Assembly (NCBI GenBank): GCA_010356995.1
Contig: ML996708.1
Location: 124,001 to 188,000 of the forward strand
Direction: 5' to 3'
DNA from: Trichodelitschia bisporula
Taxonomy: Eukaryota
DNA: 64,000 bases
The notes under the pieces were generated by a model that was not told the origin of the DNA, made no database searches, and was given only the letters and a program-made list of their open reading frames with translations. The position numbers were made by a program, and so were the translations under genes. This document shows, piece by piece, positions 1-13,024 of the stretch. Numbering within the stretch: position 1 is the first letter of the stretch; each line of letters begins with the position of its first letter.

Positions 1-3000
1 TCCACAGAGGCGACCGTGATGATCTCCTTGGTGGGAAGCTCGAGCAGGACCTCACCCATGGTTTGAACCGAGCTGAACACCGTCTTGTTCTTGAAGCGGA
101 CGAAGCTCTCGAGGCGGAAGGTTAGCGTCTTGTGAAGGAGATCAGTGTCGGGATCCTCGAGGCGGAACCATTCCTTCGAGCGGAGAATAGCGACCTCCTT
201 CGGCGATGACAGGTGCAGCTGCATCGGGGTCTCGGTCTTGCGCTGGAAGGTGTTCTCGAAGTCATTGTAATCACCGCGGTACAGGAACTGGCTGGTGACT
301 TCCATGACCGCCTCGCCATCACGGGTAATGGTACCGCAGACCTCGACCATCTTGCCAGAATCCTGGTTGATGACAGCGTTGACCTGGGCTGTGGTGTCGA
401 GTACGTCGCCCTTCTTGAGAGGCTCGGCACCCGGAAGCATGCGGAAGCTATTGGACAGATGCACGAGACGGAGAAGATCGCCATCGATAACGCGAGGGAA
501 AATAGGCTTGGTGATAGCCTTCCAGCCGACGACAATGGCGAAGTCCATGGGAGCAGAGGCTTCCCTGCCGGGACGGTCGACGAAAGCTTCGCCTGTGTTG
601 CCCACCGCGTGGACAAAGTCGTTGATGGCCTCACTGGTGATGGTAGCTCGGCCGCCATCGAACTTGGAGTCGATGGGCGTGTCGAAAGGCACCTCCTCAC
701 CATCGCCGAACCAGATACGGTAGTAGAACTCCTTGATCCGGTCGTTGCGATCCCCCATGACCTCGTGAATAGGTGCGTAGCCACGCTCGGGACGGTAGAG
801 GAACTTAAACGTGAGGAACTCCGGCTTGCCTGATGCCGACCTCCGCTCAATGAGGCTGAGAGAGATCTCGTTCTTCTTGCTCAGGCGGATCTCAATGGTC
901 TGGAGGGGATCTTTTGCACCGTTGAAGTTCTCTGAAACGGAGATGACGGTCCGCTCGGGCTCGTTGGGATGGTCGATCTTGACCACCATCCCCTGAACAG
1001 GATTGCACACCCGACGCATGGGATTCGTCTGGAAGCGTTGTCCCTGCGTAAAGACTTCGGCAGTGAAAAAGGCGTGACGCCAAGAGAATGTCTCTCCGGC
1101 AAGGAGCTGCATCCAGTCGTCAACAGACGGCAGGGGAGTATTTGGTTCCAGCTTGAAGCAGAGGAGATCATTAGTGTCAACCCAAGTAAGCGCTTTGACG
1201 TCCAGGGACTCGCTGATACCGAGGAGCTTGCCGCCAAAGTATTCGATGACGGGAATCTTCTTCACGTTGCCGCCATAGCGGTCGCGTGTCAGCATTTTGA
1301 TGTGGCCTTCATGGATGCCGTCCAGAATCTCTTTGACGGGCTCATCGACGACAGTGGAGTACTTAGCCGCCATGGGCCCGTGCAAGATGCAAACACGGCC
1401 AACATCCCGGCCAACGATGGCGTCCAAGTCCTCAGACTGCCACAGCGAGTCCTTCTTGAAGTAGTACTCAAAGTTGTCATCAAAGACAGGCACGAACGGA
1501 ACCGGCTTCTGGAAGCGGTTCTGGGCAAGCATCAGGAAGTGCTGCACGTCCTGCGCGTTCATGATCTGCGTCTTGGCCTGCGGGTACGTGTCTAGGATCT
1601 TCTCCACAAGTGGGAAGATGTCATCAAGGTCCGAGTAGCTTTGGATGAGAGAAGCCTGACCGGCAGCGGTGGCAAAGCGCTCCTCCACGCGGCGGAAGAA
1701 ATTGCCGGTCATAATCTTCAGGCTGACGTCGAGCCAGCGAGATTGGTGCTTGATGTACATCAGCTCAACGCAACGGTGAATGACCTCTGCATAGGTCATT
1801 TCTTCGAGGTCCACAACTTCGCCGGCCGAGTTGCGGCCAAACCACACCTTCTGGTAGTCGTCATTGAGCTTCTTGATGATGTAGTCACGGTTCTTCTCGA
1901 GCTCCACTAGCCGCTTCGCCTTGTCCAACGAGAAGATCTTCTTGTCCATCTCGGCCCAAAAAATCACACCTCGGGTCGCCAACTTGTGAATCGGCTCGCC
2001 CATCTCTGAACGGACAGTGATAACACCGCCAGCAGGACCCTTGTAGGTCTGCTCCCATTCGTGGTCTTCCAAGCCCGGAGCAGCAACGATGGCTTTCTTC
2101 GCATCGGGGGCGGTGTGGCACTCCTTGGAGGTCATGACACGGCTACCAAAGAAGCAGCCGTCGAAGGGCATAGGGGGATAGCCAAACTTCACCGACCACT
2201 GGCCCGTCAGATACGGATAGGTGTCTTCGGCGCCGCCGAAACCGCTACCTGCCAAGAGGATCAGGTTAGGGCACTTGCGGAGCCTGCTGTACATGGCCAG
2301 GATGGGCTGATGGAAGTCCTCAAAGGAATGATGGCCGCCGCCACGACCACCGGTCCACTTCAGGATGACAGGGAAGTGGGGATTGGCCTTGGCGATGTTG
2401 ATGGTTTGCTGGATACCATCCATCGAACCGGGCTTGAAAGTGATACGTTTGATACCCAGCGTCTGGATATACTCGTTGGCCACATCAAGCGACGGGACGC
2501 CGGCACCAATGGTAAGGCCCTCGAGAGGCACACCCTGTGCGCGGAGCTTCCGAATCATGGGAATCTGCCAAGACATGGCGAATGGGTTGACGTAGATCAA
2601 GTTGATGGAGATGCCGCGACCCGTAGGAATCGACTTCTCGATGTTGAGGATGGCTTCAGTCATCATGCGCTCGTCGAAATAGCCGCCACCAGCAAGCTCA
2701 CAATCGTAGCCAGCGTTCATAGTAGCAGCAACGAAGTCCCACGGCACGGTGGCCGGCGTCATACCGGCAACAATGACGGGCGGAAGACCCAAGAGCCGAC
2801 TCAACTTGGTGTCGACGAATGTCTGGCCCACGGAAGTGCGCACAAGGCGGGGACCAAACTCTTTGACCCAGTCCACTGCGTACTTGACGGCATGTTCTTC
2901 GTCGCGATCAAAGAGTTCTGGCTTATAGCCTACCTCCGTGTTTGACCCATCGATGGTGCCAGCCAAGATCACGCGCACGCCAGTGCCGTCCTTGTTGCGG

Positions 3001-4574
3001 TTCGTAAGAACGCCTAGACCAGAGATGCCACCAGGGCCGAAGTCCAGGATGTGAGTCGCCTTGGGAAAGACCGTAGCCTTTTCCCAATTCACGGGGTCAT
3101 GGGTGATCATGCGGATCAAGGCTGGGACAATATTCTTGGACCCGAGTTCCTGCAGGTTCTTGCCTGTGTTTGTGTCGAGCAGGGGAAGTCCAAGGCTGGA
3201 GCCGGGAATTTCAATGTCTTCGAGATCCTCCTCGATCAGCTTCGCGGCTTCGCCAAGATACGAGCTGTGGAACGGGGCTGTGATCGGCAGAAACCGGTTC
3301 ACGAAGCGAATCTTCCGTTCTGTGTACGGAATACGGTTCTGGTCGAGACCGGTAGGAGCCTTGACCTTGCGGAGCCGGACATTCAGACCGTACAGCGACA
3401 GAGGAGGACCAGTGACGACCACGTTGCGAGCGCTGTTGATCAGAGAGATGCCGATCTGGCGGTCCTTCGGAAGATGCTGATTAGTCGTATCGATGTGCGA
3501 CTGCACCTGAGCGATGGGAAGATCGCGAATCGACAACATAGGCGAGGGGGTGCCCTCACCATTGTCCACAGAATCCTGCAGAACTGAAGGCGTGAGAGAC
3601 GTCCGTGGAAACGCCTGCTGGCTGCGGGCACCGATCCAAAAGAGGATGGTGAGGGCATTGTGGGCTGCTTGCTCAAAGGTCGGCCAGTGGCCCCCCGCGG
3701 CAATGGCAGCAGCAGTGACCACACCCTGCGAGTGGCCCGTAGTTCCGCTGAGATAGTCGCGAAGGTTGCCTGGATCGGTACCCAGGACCTTACAGGTCAC
3801 ATAGTAGTGCGAGAGCTGTGTCAAGCCGATGAGAGGAAAGCTGACGGGAGCGGAAACGAGGTAGTCCGTATCAGGCTGCGATTCCGGGTTGCGCAGCCAC
3901 CGCATGACATCGAGACCCTTCGGGTAGAGCTTGACGGCGCGAGGATCGGCAGAGAGCTTTAGGAGGTGAGCGGCGGACTTCTCCACAAATTCTTGCAAAA
4001 ACGGCAAGTAGGTGTTGTAGGTCTCACGCAGCTCATCGAAGTATTCTTCAATGTTGCCCTGGCCGCCAAAGACGGCGTAAATGCGAGCTTGCTTGTCTGA
4101 GACGGCGCGCATCAGTGCCGGTTCGTGCGCCTTCGGCGCGCGTCCCAAAAACTTGCGTGCGGCGTAGTAGGACTTGACGGTGGCCAGCTTGCTCTGCGGC
4201 ATGCCTGGGAGCGACGCGACAAGCGCGTGAACTTCGTTTCCGCGCAAAAACTCGCGCTCAAACTCGTTGAGGGCAGCTGACAGGACAGTCTGGTAGGTGA
4301 GCGGGTCGGAGGCAGACTCAGTCTCCTGAGCGATGTGCCCCAAGAAACGTGCTACCAGTTCGGCGACCGATGACGGCTCATCGTCTTGTGCGTGATCTTC
4401 TGTCGGCTCCGGAAGCGTAGCAAGAAATGAATCCCGCAATTGTGACGCCGTGAAGTGGCTGGATGTGGTGATTGCAAACGTGTGCTCGAGCGAGCCGTAC
4501 ACCAGCGGAAGAGGGCGGAGAGACTGTCCTGAGCGAGGCGTGGCCGCACCGGTTTGAGGAGCGGAGCCGTACAT
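1..4574 (-). CDS. FAS1: Fatty acid synthase beta subunit (fungal type I FAS; 3' end lies outside the window)
   Basis: ATG at 4572-4574 reads MYGSAPQTGAATPRSGQSLRPL...; AT-domain AVFGGQGNIEEYFDELR, ER-domain GGRGGGHHS/FGGAEDTYPYLTG and ...LELPTKEIITVASV at the window edge. The frame at position 5 matches the start frame. It is absent from the ORF track because no stop codon is in the window. Confidence 0.97.
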   Translation of the reverse strand, partial: MYGSAPQTGAATPRSGQSLRPLPLVYGSLEHTFAITTSSHFTASQLRDSFLATLPEPTEDHAQDDEPSSVAELVARFLGHIAQETESASDPLTYQTVLSAALNEFEREFLRGNEVHALVASLPGMPQSKLATVKSYYAARKFLGRAPKAHEPALMRAVSDKQARIYAVFGGQGNIEEYFDELRETYNTYLPFLQEFVEKSAAHLLKLSADPRAVKLYPKGLDVMRWLRNPESQPDTDYLVSAPVSFPLIGLTQLSHYYVTCKVLGTDPGNLRDYLSGTTGHSQGVVTAAAIAAGGHWPTFEQAAHNALTILFWIGARSQQAFPRTSLTPSVLQDSVDNGEGTPSPMLSIRDLPIAQVQSHIDTTNQHLPKDRQIGISLINSARNVVVTGPPLSLYGLNVRLRKVKAPTGLDQNRIPYTERKIRFVNRFLPITAPFHSSYLGEAAKLIEEDLEDIEIPGSSLGLPLLDTNTGKNLQELGSKNIVPALIRMITHDPVNWEKATVFPKATHILDFGPGGISGLGVLTNRNKDGTGVRVILAGTIDGSNTEVGYKPELFDRDEEHAVKYAVDWVKEFGPRLVRTSVGQTFVDTKLSRLLGLPPVIVAGMTPATVPWDFVAATMNAGYDCELAGGGYFDERMMTEAILNIEKSIPTGRGISINLIYVNPFAMSWQIPMIRKLRAQGVPLEGLTIGAGVPSLDVANEYIQTLGIKRITFKPGSMDGIQQTINIAKANPHFPVILKWTGGRGGGHHSFEDFHQPILAMYSRLRKCPNLILLAGSGFGGAEDTYPYLTGQWSVKFGYPPMPFDGCFFGSRVMTSKECHTAPDAKKAIVAAPGLEDHEWEQTYKGPAGGVITVRSEMGEPIHKLATRGVIFWAEMDKKIFSLDKAKRLVELEKNRDYIIKKLNDDYQKVWFGRNSAGEVVDLEEMTYAEVIHRCVELMYIKHQSRWLDVSLKIMTGNFFRRVEERFATAAGQASLIQSYSDLDDIFPLVEKILDTYPQAKTQIMNAQDVQHFLMLAQNRFQKPVPFVPVFDDNFEYYFKKDSLWQSEDLDAIVGRDVGRVCILHGPMAAKYSTVVDEPVKEILDGIHEGHIKMLTRDRYGGNVKKIPVIEYFGGKLLGISESLDVKALTWVDTNDLLCFKLEPNTPLPSVDDWMQLLAGETFSWRHAFFTAEVFTQGQRFQTNPMRRVCNPVQGMVVKIDHPNEPERTVISVSENFNGAKDPLQTIEIRLSKKNEISLSLIERRSASGKPEFLTFKFLYRPERGYAPIHEVMGDRNDRIKEFYYRIWFGDGEEVPFDTPIDSKFDGGRATITSEAINDFVHAVGNTGEAFVDRPGREASAPMDFAIVVGWKAITKPIFPRVIDGDLLRLVHLSNSFRMLPGAEPLKKGDVLDTTAQVNAVINQDSGKMVEVCGTITRDGEAVMEVTSQFLYRGDYNDFENTFQRKTETPMQLHLSSPKEVAILRSKEWFRLEDPDTDLLHKTLTFRLESFVRFKNKTVFSSVQTMGEVLLELPTKEIITVASV

Positions 4575-6674
4575 TTTGAGGGTTGGGTATCGATTACTGG
4601 GAAGGAAGAAACTGGTTCTCTATTAGCAGCAGGAACCATAGAGCGTCCGTTGTAGCCCTGACCGCCGGTCGGAGGGTGAGGACGGCCGAATTGGCTGCCC
4701 CAAAGATGCTACAGAGATAGACGTACGATTACAAGTCACAGCTAACTTTCAGACAAGGTGGTCAATGACAATTGTCCTGCTGTTGGACTTCCAAACGATG
4801 TGTTGGAACGTGCAGTGGCCGGTGCAGGCGTTCCAGTTGCTGCAGAGAAAAAGAAGGGCGCAGTGTGGGGTATCAAGAAGGCGGGGGCGCGAAGGAGGAA
4901 GGACGTGAGATGCGCCTTTGGATGATGCGAGAGTGGGTGAATAGAGGGAACAGAGGATACAGTTAACGGGGAGTGTCAACTACTATCAATGTGTTGCTCG
5001 GTGGGAGCTTCCGTCAACACGCCTTTCACTCTTGCACTTTTTTGCTGGGGCGGTTTGACAAGGGGTGGGAGACCCGACAAGTCGTTGGGACGGCGGCTGG
5101 GCGCCGTCAAGCCTCCCCTGCTCGCGTGGATAGGCCAATCCAAAAAGTCTGTACCCTGGCATGAAGAAAATGGCAAAGGGTCCAGGGTCTCGGGGCGAGT
5201 GAGAATGTTTGCATTGTGCAGTGACTTTCTGGTGCACAGTTAAACTTCCTCTTCCATACATGGGACTTGGGACGTGTTCTTTTGGGATACGTTTCCTATC
5301 TTCGCTTTCATATCGATTGCCTGAGATACGATACTGTAGATGAGATGTTAGTTCCCCGCAATGCACTCGTAGGACAACAGCTAACATGGTCAGGATGTCA
5401 AGATTAACAACAATGTGCCAGGCAGTTGCATTCAACAGCGTCTCAACTCTCAACCACCCTGACCAACACCAACACGAAGGAGTCGCTCCAACGGGAACCT
5501 GATTACTGTCGTTGTCCGACTATTGTCCCAGAGTTCCCCCGACCCTCGCAATCAATCCCGCAGAGTTCCGTACCTCCAGAGGCCAGATGTTATCTTCTTC
5601 CTACCGGGAAGCATAGTAAGGACCCGATAGGCGGCGAATTATGAGCCGGCCGAATACCATCCGTGATCTGCACCCATTTCTCGCCTTCCTCGTCTCCAGT
5701 CTTTTTTGGTCGTTACTCCCCTCATTGCTCCACATATCTCCCCGCTTAACCCCCAGCTCAGGGACTTGAGGGTCGTAGAAAAAAAGGCTCGCGGGGGCAA
5801 TGAGCCCTGGACGGGTGTGGGGATCTAATCATGCAGCAAAGCAGCGCCTGCGCACGCCTGATGCTTCCCGGATCGCGCCCGCACGCCCGCATCCCCAGCT
5901 TCAGCTCCCGTCGGGCGGACTTGCAGCGGATGGCGCTTCACGAACGCCCTTGTCGAGCTGATATATTCGGCGCATCCGAGCAATAATGACCTTTCTTATC
6001 CTGTAGTTCTAGATGGTATCAGGGCGATGTTTGTATCGCAAGGAGGTTGTTGAGATGGACCAAGGGGATCATGTAGCAAATACAGCGAGGGTTGAAATCT
6101 TGTGCCACCAACGCTGCAATAATTGTTCCCTCGGTGAATTGGCCTTTTGGCCGAAGACAACCACCACCAACTCACTAAAAGCAGGGTTGCCCCTGACGAT
6201 TGGGATGGTCTGCTTAGAACTAGGGCCGGGGGTGAGGAGCGGCTTGGCATAGAACACCCACCATTTCCCAAGCAAGATTAGGGCGGAATTTTTACGTTCA
6301 TGTTGAATTGCCTGGGTTGAGAGTGGTTGAGACTTTCCCTACGGGCCCCAACAACACTCTGCTCAACCCGTTGGATCTCTTCGGATCAACTCCTAACCAG
6401 TCCCATCTCCATCGCCTGGTGCCTGTTCGCTAGAGATAAACCCAATTACCTCCACCGATCCCCTCAGGCTATTCCTTGGCCGCCCGAATCGCACGCTCCA
6501 ACTCCCCTCCACACAAAAAACATCTCCTTCCTCTCCCTTTGCCAACGACTCCAACGACGGCACCGGGCAATCTGTCGACCTTCACTGTTCTTGTTGCAGC
6601 ACTTCGAAAAATACCCCTTTGATTTCAGTAGTTGCCTTCTTCACCTAAAACCGAACCTCTAATCGACGCCCGTC

Positions 6675-9600
6675 ATGCGTCCCGAAGTCGAGCAAGACCT
6701 CGCGCACACTCTGCTCATTGAGCTCCTCGCATACCAATTCGCGTCTCCCGTGAGATGGATCGAGACACAAGATGTTATCCTCGGCGAGAAGTCGACGGAG
6801 CGTATCGTGGAAGTCGGCCCTGCGGACACACTCGGCGGTATGGCGAAGCGGACACTTGCTTCCAAGTATGAGGCACGCGACGCGGCTCTATCTCTCCAGC
6901 GCCAGATTCTGTGCTACAACAAGGATGCTAAAGACATCTACTACGACGTAGATCCGGTGGAGGATGAGCCGGAGCCGGAAGCGTCGACTTCTGCACCCAC
7001 AGCTTCATCTGGGCCCGCTCCAGTTGCTGCAGTTGCGGTCGCTCCCCCTGCCGGTTCCGGTCCTGCCGCATCAGTGCCCGATGAACCTGTCACTGCAACG
7101 GACATCATTCGCGCCATTGTTGCTCAAAAGCTGAAGAAGTCTTTAAGCGAAATCCCCCTCAGCAAGGCCATTAAGGATCTCGTAGGAGGTTAGTTTTCCA
7201 CTTCCGTGGGCGCCCGAAAACTTGCTAACCACCCATAGGCAAATCAACCCTTCAAAATGAAATCCTCGGTGATTTGGGCAAGGAATTCGGCTCAACCCCC
7301 GAGAAGCCGGAAGACGTACCTCTGGACGAGCTAGGGGCCGCCATCCAGATGACCTTCAACGGCCAGCTCGGAAAGCACTCCTCTTCGCTCATTGCCCGTC
7401 TCATCTCGTCCAAAATGCCCGGTGGCTTCAACATCACACTCGTACGGAAGCACTTGGAGACACGTTGGGGTCTGGGCTCTGGACGCCAGGACGGTCTTCT
7501 TCTGCTCGCGCTCACCAACGAGCCTGCCGCTCGTCTTGGCTCAGAAGCTGATGCAAAGGCGTGGCTGGACGGTATTGCCCAAAAGTATGCCACGGCAGCT
7601 GGTATCAACATTTCCGCGCCGGTCGCTGGCGGGGATGCCGGTGGTGCCGCAGGCGGCATGATGATGGACCCCGCGGCGCTTGATGCCTTGACTAAGGACC
7701 AGCGTGCGCTCTTCAAGCAACAGCTCGAGTTGTTCGCGCGGTATCTGAAAATGGATCTGCGTGCTGGCGACAAGGCTTTCGTTAACTCTCAGGAGGCGTC
7801 GTCGGCTCTTCAGGCGCAGCTCGACTTGTGGAATGCCGAGCACGGAGATTTCTACGCTGCCGGTATCGAGCCCATGTTCACACCTCTCAAGGCGCGCGTT
7901 TACGACTCCTCGTGGAACTGGGCCCGCCAGGATGCGTTGAGCATGTACTACGACATCATTTTCGGCCGCCTCAAGGCTGTTGACCGTGAGATTGTCAGCC
8001 AGTGTATCGCCATCATGAACCGTTCGAACCCCCGCCTTCTGGACTTCATGCAGTACCACATTGACCACTGCCCTACGGAGCGTGGTGAGACGTACGAACT
8101 CGCCAAAGAACTCGGCCAGCAGCTCATCGAGAACTGCAAGGACGTGCTCAACGTTGCGCCGGTCTACAAGGATGTGTCTCTCCCCACCGCCCCTTCGCTG
8201 GAGATCGACGCTCGCGGCAACATGAACTACCGCGAGGTGCCGCGCCCCAGCGTTCGCAAGTTCGAGCACTACGTCCGCGAAATGGCTGAGGGCGGCAAGC
8301 TGTCCGAGTACGGCAACCGCACCAAGGTCCAGAGCGATCTTCAGCGCATCTACAAGCTCATTCGCCAGCAGCACAAGCTCTCCAAGTCGTCGCAACTGCA
8401 GATCAAAGAGCTGTACAGCAACGTTGTTCGCTCGCTCTCCATGAACGAGGGTCAGATTATGCCTTCGGAGAACGGCAAAGCTATCCCTGGTCGTAAGGCT
8501 ACCAGCCGCGTCTCAAGCAACTTCAAGAAGGGCAAGGTCGAGACCATTCCCTTCCTCCATCTCAAGCGCAAGGGCGACTTCGACTGGGAGTACAGCAAGA
8601 AGCTCACCGGTGTCTACCTCGAAGGTCTTGAGAATGCGGCCCGCGATGGCCTGACGTTCCAGGGCAAGACCGTGCTGATGACTGGCGCGGGAGCTGGCTC
8701 AATCGGTGCGGAGGTCCTGCAGGGTCTCATCAGCGGTGGCGCCAAGGTCGTCGTCACCACCAGCCGGTTCTCTCGCGAGGTCAACGAGTACTATCAGGCC
8801 ATGTACAGCCGCTTCGGTGCTCGCGGCTCGCAATTGATTGTGGTGCCGTTCAACCAGGGCAGTAAGCAGGATGTGGAGGCGCTTGTGGCCTACATCTACG
8901 ACGAGAAGAAGGGTCTCGGGTGGGATCTTGACTACGTTGTGCCGTTCGCCGCCATTTCTGAGAACGGACGCGAGATCGATAGCCTCGACTCTAAGTCGGA
9001 GCTCGCCCATCGAATCATGCTCACCAATGTCCTGCGTCTGTTGGGTGCTGTTAAGAGCCATAAGAAGGAGCGTGGCTTCGAGACCCGCCCCGCCCAAGTC
9101 ATCCTGCCGCTCTCGCCCAACCACGGCACCTTCGGCAATGACGGCATGTACGCTGAGTCGAAGATTGGCCTCGAGACGCTGTTTACTCGCTGGCATTCTG
9201 AGAATTGGGGCGACTACCTCACCATCTGCGGTGCCGTCATCGGCTGGACTCGTGGCACTGGTCTCATGGCTGGCAACAACGTTGTCGCTGAGGGCATTGA
9301 GAAGTACGGTGTGCGTACTTTCTCGCAGTCGGAGATGGCGTTCAATCTGCTCGGTCTTATGGCGCCGGCCATTGTCAACCTGTGCCAGGTGGAGCCCGTC
9401 TGGGCTGATCTCAACGGCGGCTTCCAGTACCTGCCGAACCTCAAGGACCTCATGTTCCGCCTGCGCAAGGAGTACAACGAGACCAGCGAGATTCGCAAGG
9501 CCGTTGTCAAGGAGACGGCCATTGAGAACAAGATCGTCAATGGCGAGGCCGCCGAGGCCCGTTTCAAGAAGGTTGAGGTATCACGCCGCGCCAATATCAA

Positions 9601-12345
9601 GTACGACTTTCCCGCGGTCCCCGACTGGGAGACCGAAGTCAAGCCGCTCAACGAGAACCTTAAGGGGATGGTCGACCTCGAGCGCGTCGTTGTCGTCACT
9701 GGCTTTGCCGAGATTGGCCCCTGGGGCAACTCACGCACTCGCTGGGAAATGGAGGCGCACGGAGAATTCAGCCTGGAGGGTTGTGTCGAGATGGCTTGGA
9801 TCATGGGCCTCATCAAGAATCACAATGGCCCGCTCAAGGGCAAGAGCTACTCTGGCTGGGTGGACGCCAAGAGCGGCGAGCCTGTCGATGACAAGGACAT
9901 CAAGTCCAAGTACGAGAAGTACATCCTCGACCACTCTGGTATCCGCCTCATTGAGCCGGAGCTGTTCAACGGCTATGATCCCAACAAGAAGCAGATGCTC
10001 CAGGAGGTGCAGATCCAGGAAGACCTGGACCCTTTCGAGACGTCCAAGGAGACGGCCGAGGAGTTCCGTCGCGAGCACGGCGACAAAGTTGAGATCTTCG
10101 AGATCCCCGATTCCGGCGAATACACCGTCCGCTTCAGGAGGGGTGCCACTCTCCTCATTCCCAAGGCGCTGCGCTTCGATCGCCTCGTTGCCGGACAGAT
10201 CCCCACCGGCTGGGACGCTCGCAAGTACGGCATCCCCGATGACATCATCTCCCAGGTCGACCCTGTCACGCTCTTCGTCCTGGTCTCTGTGTCCGAGGCT
10301 CTTCTGTCGTCTGGTATCACGGATCCGTACGAGTTCTACAAGTACGTGCATATTTCGCAGGTCGGTAACTGCATCGGTTCCGGCATTGGCGGCACCAGCG
10401 CTCTGCGTGGCATGTACAAGGACCGCTTCCTGGATAAGCCCCTGCAGAAGGACATCCTCCAGGAATCGTTCATCAACACAATGAGCGCCTGGGTCAACAT
10501 GCTTCTGCTCTCGTCCACCGGTCCGATCAAGACGCCTGTCGGTGCCTGCGCGACGGCCGTCGAGTCCATCGACATCGGTTACGACACCATCGTCGAGGGC
10601 AAGGCGCGCGTCTGCTTCGTCGGTGGCTTCGATGACTTCCAGGAGGAAGGCTCGTATGAGTTTGCCAACATGAAAGCCACGAGCAATGCCGAGGACGAGT
10701 TTGCGCACGGCCGTACGCCCAAGGAAATGTCGCGGCCGACAACCACCACCCGCAACGGCTTCATGGAGTCTCAGGGCTGCGGTGTCCAGGTCATCATGGA
10801 TGCCCAGCTTGCGCTCGACATGGGTGTGCCCATCTACGGTGTGCTGGGATTTACTGCCACGGCTACCGACAAGATTGGCCGCTCCGTTCCAGCGCCCGGC
10901 CAGGGTGTGCTTACCACTGCGCGCGAGGCCAGCGGCAAGTTTCCGTCGCCCTTGCTCGACATCAAGTACCGCAAGCGTCGCTTGGAACATGAGCGCCGGA
11001 GCATCCGCCAGTGGCAGGAAGCCGAGATCCTCTTCCTCCAGGAAGAGGTTGCGGCCAGGGAGGAGAGCGAGGACTTCAACGCGGAAGAATACCTGCAGGA
11101 GCGCATCGCTCACATCGAGTGGGAGGCTACCCGCAAGGAGAAGGATGCTCTGTTTAGCCTGGGCAATAATTTCTGGAAGAAGGATCCGAGCATCGCGCCG
11201 CTGCGTGGCGCTCTGGCTACTTGGGGTCTGACCATCGACGACCTCGATGTCGCGTCCTTCCACGGCACATCCACGGTTGCCAACGACAAGAACGAGTCAG
11301 ACGTCATCTGCCAGCAGATGAAGCATCTCGGCCGCCAGAAGGGCAACGCTGTGCTCGGCATCTTCCAGAAGTATCTCACTGGCCATCCCAAGGGTGCCGC
11401 CGGTGCCTGGATGTTCAACGGATGCCTGCAGGTGCTCAACACTGGCTTAGTGCCCGGTAACCGCAACGCCGACAATGTCGACCAGGTCATGGAGAAGTTT
11501 GATTACATTGTCTACCCCAGCCGGTCGATCCAGACCGACGGCATCAAGGCCTTCTCCGTCACATCCTTCGGTTTCGGCCAGAAGGGTGCGCAGGCCATTG
11601 GTATCCACCCCAAGTACCTCTTCGCGACTCTGGACCACGCGCAATACCAGGCCTACAAGGTCAAGGTTGAGGCGCGCCAAAAGAAGGCCTACCGCTACTT
11701 CCACGACGGCCTCATCAACAACCGCATTTTCCAGGCCAAGGACAAGTCGCCGTACACCGACCCGCAACAGTCGAGTGTCTTCCTCAACCCGAACGCCCGC
11801 GTCACTCTCGACACCAAGAGCTCCAAGTACTCGTATCCGGCCAAGCCGGCTGAGCCCAGCACTGAGGAGAAGGAGGCTCTCCGCCGCACGCGTGAGACTG
11901 CTGAGTCGCTTGCTAAGGCGACAGCCGCTCCTGACTCTAGGGTGGGTGTCGACGTCGAGAGCGTCACGGGCATCAACATTGAGAATGAGACGTTCATCAA
12001 CCGCAACTTCACAGCAGCCGAGCAGGCCTACTGCCGCAAGGCGCCCAACCCTCAGGCCAGCTTCGCGGGCCGCTGGAGCGCGAAGGAGGCCGTCTTCAAG
12101 GCACTCAGTGTGCAGGGCAAGGGCGCTGGTGCTGCGCTGAAGGACATTGAGATTGCGGCCGATGCCAATGGCGCTCCTGTTGTCCAGGTATGTTTCCATC
12201 TTACGAGCGTGTGAATGCAGCTAACAGTTACCAGTTTCATGGTGATGCCCAGAAAGCTGCCAAGAAGGCCGGTGTGAAGTCTGTCAGTGTGAGCATCAGC
12301 CATACGGACGACCAGGCCCTCGCGGTTGCAGTTGCGTTGTTCTAG
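6675..12345 (+). CDS. FAS2: Fatty acid synthase alpha subunit (ACP-KR-KS-PPT); exons 6675-7188, 7239-12187, 12235-12345
   Basis: [36 protein letters not shown] motif [17 protein letters not shown] joined across a GT-AG intron with [26 protein letters not shown]...[11 protein letters not shown]; last exon FHGDAQKAA...VSISH...LF*. Confidence 0.98.
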
Positions 12346-13024
12346 ACTTTAATCTTCAGTGGGCTTGAGAATATGCGGCTGTCTGAAATTGGGCAACTTA
12401 GCTGGCGTCGGCTTTGATCTTTACGCGAGGATATTGTTGGGGATTTCGCTGTTTGGCTTTCGATATCCCAGTGTCAGCATTTGAGGAGGGTTCGGGTGGC
12501 AGTGAAGGTGTCGGATGACGGTTAGAACGAGTTATGTCGTTGTGTTATAGATGTACTCGTCGCTTGTCTGTGTTGTAGTATATTATGAATTGGATCGTTC
12601 ACGAGTTTCTATCTCAAGGATCATAAACATTGCTGTGAATCGTGGTCGAGCCTCGTCGGATCATTGGCGGTGCCCCGGCCCCGCAGCCAGGGCGTAACCA
12701 CAAGCGGTCGCGGTCACCTGCGGATAGCTACACACCCTTGCACGCACGGCCTCGACGTCGACACTTCTGGCTGCGAAACATCTCCAACTCTCAACATCAC
12801 CGTGCCTCAACGCAACCTGAATTCGAACCATTTTCTGCATTCCGGGCTCGTGCCCGCATTTTGTTCGCATCCTCCCTACTTCTAGTCCGCCATTCCTGTG
12901 TCTGCCGCCCGCCGGGCCGCCCGGCTTCTGTTGCCCCACTCCGCCGGCGCCGCATTGAGGACACGCTGCTCAACATCTGCGATCCGCGCCCTTTACACAC
13001 TTCACTTCGCAGCAAGACAAACTG

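Noticed and set aside
5320..5510. CTGAGA and AACCTGAT resembling a TPP riboswitch
   Set aside because: Wrong spacing, remaining aptamer motifs missing, and no thiamine gene nearby.
6138..6160. GGCCTTTTGGC resembling the U2 snRNA 5' stem
   Set aside because: No branch-pairing GTGTAGTA or Sm site follows.
122..12303. Many long alternative-frame and antisense ORFs over FAS1/FAS2 (and likewise over PGM and the kinase)
   Set aside because: Shadow ORFs expected from GC-rich, strongly biased codons; no recognisable motifs.
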